Assembly (NCBI GenBank): GCA_040217555.1
Contig: JAVJPX010000017.1
Location: forward strand, 29,626-93,625
Length of the DNA stretch: 64,000 nt
Direction: 5' to 3'
DNA from: Oceanicaulis sp.
Lineage (GTDB): Bacteria > Pseudomonadota > Alphaproteobacteria > Caulobacterales > Maricaulaceae
Part shown: positions 57,107 to 64,000 of the stretch, piece after piece
How positions within the stretch are numbered: the first letter of the stretch is position 1
How the letters are laid out: every line of letters starts with the position of its first letter
Program-made: the position numbers and the translations under genes
Notes under the pieces: generated by a model
The model's database searches: none
Told to the model about the DNA's origin: nothing
Seen by the model: the letters and a program-made list of their open reading frames with translations, nothing else

Positions 57107-58335
57107 CGCCGCGCCTCGACCCGGCCGAAAACGCCTGGCTCGACGCGCCGGACACGCGCCGCGTCATGGACGCGCTGAGCCCCGGCGACAGCGACCGGGC
57201 GCGTTTTGTCGGCGGGTGCGTCAGGAACGCGCTCATGGGCCGGCCCGTGGACGATGTGGACATCGCTACCCAGCTTGAGCCTGACGCCGCACGCGCGGCG
57301 CTGGAGGCGGCGCATATCAAGGTCGTGCCCACCGGCCTCGCCCACGGCACGCTGACCGCCGTGGCGGAAGGAAAGCCGTTTGAGGTCACGAGCCTTCGAA
57401 AGGATGTGGAGACCTTCGGCCGGCGCGCGGTGGTGGCGTTCACCACCGACTGGCGCGAGGACGCCCGGCGCCGCGATTTTAAGCTCAACAGCATTTATGC
57501 GCGCCGCGACGGGACGCTGTTCGATCCGTTCGGCGGGATTGACGACGCGCGCGCGGGCCGTGTGGTGTTCATCGGCCAGGCCCGCGAGCGCATCGGCGAG
57601 GACTATCTGCGGATCCTGCGCTTTTACCGCTTCAACGCCTGGTACGGGGCCGGGATCGACCCCGACGGCCAGGCCGCCTGCGCCGCGCTGGCCCACACCG
57701 TTCGCGACCTTTCCGCCGAACGGGTCTGGAAGGAGTTGAAGAAACTCCTGCTCGCCCCGGACCCGCGCGCGGCGGTGTCGGCGATGCACGAAGGTCACGT
57801 GCTTAAGGAAGTCTTGCCCGGGCGTCTCGACTTTAATCTTTTCGCAGGCATAATTAACGCTGATCGAGGGATGTCCCGCGAGCCCGATGCGCTGCTGCGC
57901 CTGGTGGCGCTCCTGGGGCGAGAGGGGAACGCCGTGGAAAGCGTCATGCAGAGCATGAAGGCCTCCAATGCGGAACGCACGCGCGCCCAGGCGATGACCG
58001 CCGGGGCCGGCCCGCGCGTGCACCCGTCCATGAGCCCAAGCCAGCGCGGCCGCGCCCTCTATGCGCTGGGCGCCGAAGCGGTCATGGCCCGCCTGCGCCT
58101 GGATGAAGCCGAAGGGCTTGGCGCGGCGGACGATCATTTCGCCGCGGCGCGGGCCTGGAGCCGTCCGCGCTTCCCGTTGAAAGGCAAGGATCTGGTGGCG
58201 GCCGGATTTGAGCCGGGGCCCGAACTTGGCGAAATCCTCGCCCGGCTTGAAGCCGAATGGATCGACAGCGCGTTCACCCTCGGCCGGGCTGCGCTTGTAA
58301 AGCGCGCCGGCGAGCTGAGAGGGGGGGCGGCGTGA
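57103..58335 (+). CDS. cca: CCA tRNA nucleotidyltransferase (poly(A) polymerase head-domain family)
   Basis: RFVGGCVRNALMGRPVDDVDIAT, TGLAHGTLT, FEVTSLRKD and RRDFKLNSIY are class II nucleotidyltransferase motifs. Confidence 0.88.
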   Translation: MTPRLDPAENAWLDAPDTRRVMDALSPGDSDRARFVGGCVRNALMGRPVDDVDIATQLEPDAARAALEAAHIKVVPTGLAHGTLTAVAEGKPFEVTSLRKDVETFGRRAVVAFTTDWREDARRRDFKLNSIYARRDGTLFDPFGGIDDARAGRVVFIGQARERIGEDYLRILRFYRFNAWYGAGIDPDGQAACAALAHTVRDLSAERVWKELKKLLLAPDPRAAVSAMHEGHVLKEVLPGRLDFNLFAGIINADRGMSREPDALLRLVALLGREGNAVESVMQSMKASNAERTRAQAMTAGAGPRVHPSMSPSQRGRALYALGAEAVMARLRLDEAEGLGAADDHFAAARAWSRPRFPLKGKDLVAAGFEPGPELGEILARLEAEWIDSAFTLGRAALVKRAGELRGGAA

Positions 58336-59891
58336 GCGTCACCGAACTGTTCACCCAGCGCTATCGCGCGCGCATAGAGAGCGTCACGCGCTCGCCAAGC
58401 GAGGCTATCGAGCCGCGCGGCCTGTTCGACGACGATCTTTATCTGCACTCCTATCGCGAACTCGCCGAAGACGCCGCCGAGCGCCTGTGGTCGGAGGCGG
58501 AGACGGAAAACCACCACGTCTCCGAGGAAGGCGCCCTGCGCGCCCAGGTCTGGCGCGCCATCGCCAACGCCAACGAAAAGCACAAGGTCAAGGACCTGCC
58601 CCGGCGCGCACGCCAGCGCATGGCGGACGCCTATCTGCAATCGCGCGAGCCCTTCCGCGGCGCGCGCCCGACGCTGCTCACCAAGATCTGCGACACCGGG
58701 CTTGAATGGGTCTTCACGCCCGAAGGCCAGGCGCCGGACGAAGCGCCGTTCAACGGTTCGAAATGGTCGGTGGCCTCGAACTTGTTGGTGTTCGATTTCG
58801 TCGAGGTCTTCTTCGATCTGCTGCCGAGCGACGATCAGCTGGACTTCAGCCGTGACCTGAACACCCGGCTGCAGCGCGGCGCCTCGCGCTGGTATTTCCA
58901 GCTGGGCCGCTGGCGTCGGGACGACTGGCCACGCGACCGCGACGACCAGTTTGACCTCATCCTCTATTCGCTCAACCGCCAGGCCGACACCGCGCTGGAG
59001 CGCCGCCGCAACGCCGGCGCGGCGGGCGGCGACGGCTCGCTCTCCTCTGATCAGGGCGAATTCGATCCCGAAGCCGCAAGCGCGTCTCTGCAGGCCGCCG
59101 CGCGCGCGCTGTGGCAGGCAGACCGGCTGCTCACCTCCGATCTATTGTCCGACAAGGTGCGCCATAGCGCGGCCGTGCGCGCGGCGCGCATGGCCTTCGA
59201 CGCCTGCCTGTCCAGCTTCGGCGGCGTGGTGCGCGGACCCTTCGTGAAAGGCAAGCCGCCGCGCGAGGTGCGACGCGGCGTGTTTGGCGGCCGGCTCTCG
59301 CGCCGCTCGAATGACGAGGGCAAGGCCGCGCTGAAAGGCGTCGAGCATCCGAGGGCTGCGGCGATACGCTTAAAGAGACTGGGCGAGGCTTTAGAGAGTG
59401 GCGCGCCTGGACTATCGCGTGAGGATCACATTCGGCTTCTCGAGCGCGCCAATCTCGCCGAATTCTTAGTGCGGCTGGCCCTGTTCGAGCTTCCGGCTGG
59501 TAAATCCGATCCCGAGGATGCCGAAGCCGAAGAAGTGCGTCGCTATTCAAAGCTCACCGCCGCACCCGGCGCGACTGGCGGCCCGCTTGTCGGTCCCCGG
59601 CTCAATCACGGCGCCGGCACGGTGCACCTGCAGCTGGAGGACAAGGCCACGGCGCGCCTCGCCGTGGATCTGCTCGCCCGGCTATGCCAGTTCTCCACCG
59701 GGGCTGCGACCCATACCGGCGGGGCCGAACCGGCGGGGCTGCTGGCCGAGGCGCCCGGCCTGCACCCGCGCCAGCTTGATCATCAGCGCGAAAAGGTGAT
59801 GGGCCGTATCGCCATCGGCGCCGGCCTGGTCCTGGGCGCCGCCGCGCTGTTCGCCGCCGGGGTCGTGGTGGGCGGCGGCTTGCCGCTTTAG
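58332..59891 (+). CDS. Orphan hypothetical protein with C-terminal TM anchor (519 aa)
   Basis: Long ORF with coding-like composition. GTGA overlap with the cca stop. C-terminus GRIAIGAGLVLGAAALFAAGVVVGGGLPL. No family confidently recognised. Confidence 0.72.
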   Translation: MSVTELFTQRYRARIESVTRSPSEAIEPRGLFDDDLYLHSYRELAEDAAERLWSEAETENHHVSEEGALRAQVWRAIANANEKHKVKDLPRRARQRMADAYLQSREPFRGARPTLLTKICDTGLEWVFTPEGQAPDEAPFNGSKWSVASNLLVFDFVEVFFDLLPSDDQLDFSRDLNTRLQRGASRWYFQLGRWRRDDWPRDRDDQFDLILYSLNRQADTALERRRNAGAAGGDGSLSSDQGEFDPEAASASLQAAARALWQADRLLTSDLLSDKVRHSAAVRAARMAFDACLSSFGGVVRGPFVKGKPPREVRRGVFGGRLSRRSNDEGKAALKGVEHPRAAAIRLKRLGEALESGAPGLSREDHIRLLERANLAEFLVRLALFELPAGKSDPEDAEAEEVRRYSKLTAAPGATGGPLVGPRLNHGAGTVHLQLEDKATARLAVDLLARLCQFSTGAATHTGGAEPAGLLAEAPGLHPRQLDHQREKVMGRIAIGAGLVLGAAALFAAGVVVGGGLPL

Positions 59892-59907
59892 CGATACGAA
59901 GTCCATG

Positions 59908-60083
59908 AAACCGGTCCCCGGTTCGATCCCCGGCGAAGGCCGGGGGCGAGACCGGGCCCATGCACACTCTCAAACAGCGCGCGGAGCTTACGGCGCAAAT
60001 CGCTGCGCGTTTCATCCTTTAAACGCCGTAGACCCCGGTCTTCACCCCGGCTCGAGGCCGGGGATGAAACCGGGGACCGGCTT
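59908..60083. mobile_element. MITE-like element (~176 bp) with ~40-bp imperfect terminal inverted repeats
   Basis: Left arm aaaccggtccccggttcgatccccggcgaaggccgggg. Reverse complement of the right arm: agccggtccccggtttcatccccggcctcgagccgggg. The element fills the whole gap between two convergent genes and abuts the tyrS stop. No coding capacity. Confidence 0.6.
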
Positions 60084-61362
60084 ATTTGAACCGGACCAGG
60101 AAGCGTTTGGCTTTTCCCACCGACAGGATCACGGCCTCGGCGCCGGCCTTGTGGGTGCGCAGATCTTCGGATTCGTCGGCGAGCTTCTGACCATTGGCGG
60201 AGACTGCGTTCTGCTTGATCAGGCGGCGGGCCTCGCCCTTGGAGGCGGCGGCCTCCACGCTGACCATGGCGTCGATGAGGGCGAGCGGTTCGCCGGCCGG
60301 GGCGTCGAGCGTGGGCACCGCGCGCGCGATCATGGCGACCAGGGCTGGCGAGAGGGTGTCCGCCTTGCCCCTGAAGATCACGGCGCTGGCTTCTTCGCTC
60401 AGCGCCGCCTGATCGGCGCCGTGGACGCGGGTGGTGAGAAGCTCGGCGAGCGCCTTTTGCGGCCGGCGTTCATGGGCGGGCGCGGCTTTGAGGTCTTCGA
60501 GCGCGTCCAGATCGATATCGGTGAGCCAGGCGAGAAATCGCGGCGCGTCGGCGTCGGCGGTGTTCAGCCAGAACTGGTAGAACTCGTACGGGCTCGTCAG
60601 GTCGGGATCGAGCCAGACCGCGCCCTTTTCGCTCTTGCCGTATTTCTTGCCTTCGGAATTTGTCAGCAGCGGATAGGTGAGCGCGTGGCCCTGCGCGCCC
60701 TCCATGCGGCGCAACAGATCCACCCCGCCCACGATATTGCCCCACTGATCCGATCCGCCCATCTGGATGGCGCAACCGTGCTCGCGGTACAGGTGCACGA
60801 AATCAAAGCCCTGCAGGAGCTGGTAGGAGAATTCGGTGAAGCTGATGCCCTGATCGCGGTTCTCGATGCGGTTTCGCACCGAGTCCTTGGTCAACATGGC
60901 GTTGACCGAGAAATGCTTTCCCACATCGCGCAGGAAGCCGATCACGTCCATGTCGCGGTACCAGTCGGCGTTGTTGACGAAGATCGGCGCGGGGCCGTCG
61001 GTCTTTGCAAACAGCGCCTCGAACTGCGCGCGCTGGCTTTCGATATTGGCCAGCACCGCCTCTTGAGCCTGAAGATTACGCTCAGCGTCCTTGCCGGAAG
61101 GGTCGCCGATCATGCCCGTGGCGCCGCCCAGAAGCACGATCACCTGTCCGCCGCGGCGGCGATAGCGGTCCATGCCCAGTAGCGGAATGAGGTTGCCCGC
61201 ATGCAGGCTCGCGGCGCTGGGATCAAAGCCCACATAAAGCGGCGGGCGCTGGGCTGCGATCACCTCGTCGGTGAGTTCAGGAGTCTTCTGGTTGAGCAGC
61301 CCGCGCGCCTGCAGATCGGCGAGAAAAGGCGTGTCGGCGGGATTGGCGAGGGTGTGGCTCAT
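60082..61362 (-). CDS. tyrS: Tyrosine--tRNA ligase
   Basis: YVGFDPSAASLHAGNLIP (HIGH-type), KYGKSEKG (KMSKS-type), and a C-terminal S4 domain (SKGEARRLIKQNAVSANG). Confidence 0.93.
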   Translation of the reverse strand: MSHTLANPADTPFLADLQARGLLNQKTPELTDEVIAAQRPPLYVGFDPSAASLHAGNLIPLLGMDRYRRRGGQVIVLLGGATGMIGDPSGKDAERNLQAQEAVLANIESQRAQFEALFAKTDGPAPIFVNNADWYRDMDVIGFLRDVGKHFSVNAMLTKDSVRNRIENRDQGISFTEFSYQLLQGFDFVHLYREHGCAIQMGGSDQWGNIVGGVDLLRRMEGAQGHALTYPLLTNSEGKKYGKSEKGAVWLDPDLTSPYEFYQFWLNTADADAPRFLAWLTDIDLDALEDLKAAPAHERRPQKALAELLTTRVHGADQAALSEEASAVIFRGKADTLSPALVAMIARAVPTLDAPAGEPLALIDAMVSVEAAASKGEARRLIKQNAVSANGQKLADESEDLRTHKAGAEAVILSVGKAKRFLVRFK

Positions 61363-61416
61363 GGAACGGGCTCTGTCGGGATATGAAAAGCTGCGCCGGG
61401 ATTAGCCGGGGCGGCG

Positions 61417-61432
61417 CCGCATTGCAATGCGG
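61417..61432. promoter_or_regulatory. Perfect 16-bp palindrome CCGCATTGCAATGCGG in the tyrS divergent intergenic region
   Basis: Read directly; the sequence equals its own reverse complement. Function unknown. Confidence 0.3.
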
Positions 61433-61505
61433 GCTAAGTGCATCCAGTCTTGTGTCGGGGCGCATCCCTTAAGCGAATGCGATCAAAGCAGAAGGGCTGG
61501 GGCGG

Positions 61506-62765
61506 ATGAAACTGATCTTGAAGATTCTGGGCGGGCTGTTGGCGCTCATCATGCTGGGGATCGCCGGGATCATCGCCTGGCCGTTCATTCCTGTGGTCCA
61601 GGACCGGTTTGGCGGCGCCGAGCATCGCGCCTGGCTGGAGGATCACCGCACCGAGATCGACCTTGGCGCAGCCGATGCCGGCTTTGATTTCGGACCGGAG
61701 GTTCATGGCGCGCGCTTTGTCGTGCTGGCGGAGCTTCACGGCTATCGCGCGGTACAGGCGCTCGATCTGGCGCTGCTGGAGCATTTCACCGAAAACGGGC
61801 CGGCGCGGACCTATCTGGCCGAGCTGTCGCCGGGACAGGCGTTCGCTTTCAATCAGATGGTCTCCGGCGGGGACGCGGCGCCGGCCCGGGCGGTCTTTGA
61901 CGCCTGGGCGCAGACCCAGGCGCAATGGGCCAACCAGGAATTCTTCCAGAAGCTGGAGCGCATCCGCGACCTGAACGCGTCCCTGCCTGAGAACCGGCGC
62001 ATCTGGTTTGTCGGCGTGGACGCGCCGGTCGATCGGGAGGGGCTGGCCGAGCTGGTCGCCGCGAACGCCGAGACGGGCGTCGAGCCGGGTTTTGACAGCT
62101 ACGCCGCGGTCCAGGCGCTGAACGTTGAGCTGGGCCGCGACGCGCTGCAGCGCGAGAGCTCCAATCGCTACGTGCACATCCTCGCCAATATGGAAACCGC
62201 CGCCGGCCTTGATCCGCAGCGCGCTTTCTACGGGCTATGGGGCCTGTTCCACGGCAGCAAGACCACGATCAACGGCAGCGATCCGCTGGCCTTGCGGCTG
62301 AACCGGGAAGGCGGGGTGTTTGAGGATTCGCTGGCCAGCCTGACCACCCTGTGCGTCGAAGGCTGCCTGAACATGATGCCCGCGCGCGCCATGCCGGAGG
62401 TCCTCCACGGCGACGGCGATCCCGACTATATCTACATCCCGAACAATTTCGACAATGTGATGCTCGCGCGCGTGCGCGGCGTCAATGAGATCAAGGCTGC
62501 CGCGGGCGAAGCCGACATCGCCGCATTCCGCATCAACGGTGAAGACAGCCCTTACGCAGACGGCGTCAGGCTGAGCGCCTTGAGCGGTTATCTCATGCTC
62601 GTTCAGGGCTGGGAGTATGGCGGACCGGCGGCACGGGTCACCGACTATTACATCGTGATGCGCAACTCCGCCGGCCTCACGCCCTGGTCGGGAACGGTTC
62701 ATGACGTCACCGGCGCAGCGCCGGAAACCGGCATTGACGCGGTCGCCGCCCGCCTCGCCGAGTAG
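61506..62765 (+). CDS. Hypothetical membrane-anchored protein
   Basis: N-terminal TM MKLILKILGGLLALIMLGIAGIIAW. 419 aa. No family confidently recognised. Confidence 0.7.
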   Translation: MKLILKILGGLLALIMLGIAGIIAWPFIPVVQDRFGGAEHRAWLEDHRTEIDLGAADAGFDFGPEVHGARFVVLAELHGYRAVQALDLALLEHFTENGPARTYLAELSPGQAFAFNQMVSGGDAAPARAVFDAWAQTQAQWANQEFFQKLERIRDLNASLPENRRIWFVGVDAPVDREGLAELVAANAETGVEPGFDSYAAVQALNVELGRDALQRESSNRYVHILANMETAAGLDPQRAFYGLWGLFHGSKTTINGSDPLALRLNREGGVFEDSLASLTTLCVEGCLNMMPARAMPEVLHGDGDPDYIYIPNNFDNVMLARVRGVNEIKAAAGEADIAAFRINGEDSPYADGVRLSALSGYLMLVQGWEYGGPAARVTDYYIVMRNSAGLTPWSGTVHDVTGAAPETGIDAVAARLAE

Positions 62766-62779
62766 GCGCGCCTCGTCGG

Positions 62780-63955
62780 TCAGCCGGGCTCCCTTGGATC
62801 GATCGCCCCCCCGCCCGGCCCTGCAATGAACAGGGTTCGGGTGGGGTAGGCGAAATCCACGCCCTCGCGCTCGAACCGGCGCATGATGGCGAGGTTCACC
62901 GCCTGGGTCTTGTCCATGAAGGTGAGATATTCAGGCTTCTCCACCCAGAACACGATCTCGAAATTGAGCGAGCTGTCTCCAAACCCGGCGAAATGGGCGC
63001 GGTCGAAGGTGACGGACTCGATCGGCTCCAGGTCCTCGCGGATCCAGCCGGGGATCGCCTCGATGACGTCGGCGGGCGTCTGGTAGAGCACGCCGATGCG
63101 CAGCACCTGGCGCCGGCGCATGAGGCGCTGGAAGTTATGCACGCGTTCGCTGGTCAGGTCGGTGTTCGACACGCTGATCTGTTCGCCCGAGAGCGCGCGG
63201 ATGCGCGTGGTGCGAAGGCCGATCTCCTCCACCGTGCCGGAAATCGTGCCGAAAGTGACGAAATCGCCCTTCTTGAACGGCTTGTCGAACAGGATGGAGA
63301 GCGAGGCGAACAGGTCGGCGAAAATGCCCTGGGCGGCGAGGCCCACTGCGATGCCGACGACGCCGAGACCGGCGATGAGGGCTGTGACCTGAACCCCTGC
63401 GGTGTCCAGAAGGACGATGATCGTGATGATCCAGATCGCCCCGATGATCAGCCATTTCAGCACGCTGACCGCGCTGGACAGGTCAGACCCGGTCTCCCCG
63501 GCGCGCGCCGCCTTCCTTTGCAGGAGCGAGACCGCGATCTCCTGGGCGAGGGCGGAGACCTGGAGCACGGCGGCCACCAGCACCAGCCAGGATAAAATCT
63601 CGCTGAAAACGCCGGGCAACGGGTAGAAGCGCACCGTGATCGCGAGCGCCACAAGCAGAAGGAAGATCGAATTGATTTTCCCGATGGCGCGCCCGACGAT
63701 GGCCGGAAACGCGGTGGCGTCGCGTTGGCCGAGCCGTTTGAGCGCCGCATGGCTGAGCATGCGCACCACCAGCATCACCGCATAAAGGCCCGCTGCGACG
63801 GCGGCCGCGGTCAGCGCCACCGTCTCGTTCGCCTGCGCCCAGGCCACCAGATCGGTGAAGGCCTGCATGACCCGTTCAAAGCCTTGCGCCACCGTCTCGG
63901 AGATTTCCTCGTCGGTGACGGGCGGTTCGGTTTGCGGGTTGTCTTGCTGCTGCAT
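62780..63955 (-). CDS. Mechanosensitive ion channel family protein (MscS-like)
   Basis: Multiple TMs followed by FDKPFKKGDFVTFGTISGTVEEIGLRTTRIRALSGEQISVSNTDL (MscS beta-domain signature). Confidence 0.9.
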   Translation of the reverse strand: MQQQDNPQTEPPVTDEEISETVAQGFERVMQAFTDLVAWAQANETVALTAAAVAAGLYAVMLVVRMLSHAALKRLGQRDATAFPAIVGRAIGKINSIFLLLVALAITVRFYPLPGVFSEILSWLVLVAAVLQVSALAQEIAVSLLQRKAARAGETGSDLSSAVSVLKWLIIGAIWIITIIVLLDTAGVQVTALIAGLGVVGIAVGLAAQGIFADLFASLSILFDKPFKKGDFVTFGTISGTVEEIGLRTTRIRALSGEQISVSNTDLTSERVHNFQRLMRRRQVLRIGVLYQTPADVIEAIPGWIREDLEPIESVTFDRAHFAGFGDSSLNFEIVFWVEKPEYLTFMDKTQAVNLAIMRRFEREGVDFAYPTRTLFIAGPGGGAIDPREPG

Positions 63956-64000
63956 CGCGGCCCCCCTCGGTCGTCAGCCCTTTGTGTACACCATGGATCA

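Noticed and set aside
59905-61182. 425-aa ORF on the + strand
   Set aside because: It is antisense to tyrS, which has HIGH/KMSKS-type motifs and an S4 domain. Its 5' end lies inside the MITE-like element.

Overview
High-G+C, densely coding chromosomal window with an alphaproteobacterial gene repertoire (taxon is inference only). About 60 CDS, one tRNA, two pseudogenes, no rRNA, no CRISPR, and no transposase or integrase. Left part (1-21.6 kb): 3' end of a YadA-type trimeric autotransporter with 252-bp tandem repeats, tRNA-Thr(UGU) followed by a decayed segment holding an aldehyde dehydrogenase pseudogene, housekeeping genes (gor, class II DAHP synthase, HU, gltX, cysE, HtrA/DegP-like protease) and a TetR-MFP-RND efflux module. 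Centre (21.6-36.2 kb): a pseudaminic-acid island (pseB/C/F/G/I) built from translationally coupled genes. It carries an unusually large tailoring set: three methyltransferases, a PhyH dioxygenase, a NeuD-type acyltransferase, and a beta-propeller/WbqC pair. It is followed by a 915-aa SBBP beta-propeller protein (possibly FlaEY-like). Directly after that gene lies a ~1.6-kb lower-GC islet flanked by a 25-bp direct repeat that duplicates the gene's 3' end. The islet holds an N-truncated ATP-grasp gene with an in-frame TGA, coupled to a Cys-rich secreted protein. Right part (38-64 kb): secreted zinc metalloprotease, PiuC hydroxylase, DUF3299, a hybrid histidine kinase with a degenerate receiver, cutA, queC/queE, pirin, the conserved MoxR-DUF58-DUF4159-membrane protein operon, DUF1285-CoA pyrophosphatase-cca, an orphan 519-aa protein coupled to cca, tyrS and MscS. 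A GC-rich hairpin family (CCCCGGC-loop-GCCGGGG) recurs four times, twice inside MITE-like structured elements. No defence or mobile system could be demonstrated. The best candidates for new biology are the decorated Pse island with its uncharacterised modules, the direct-repeat-bounded islet, and the orphan protein downstream of cca.
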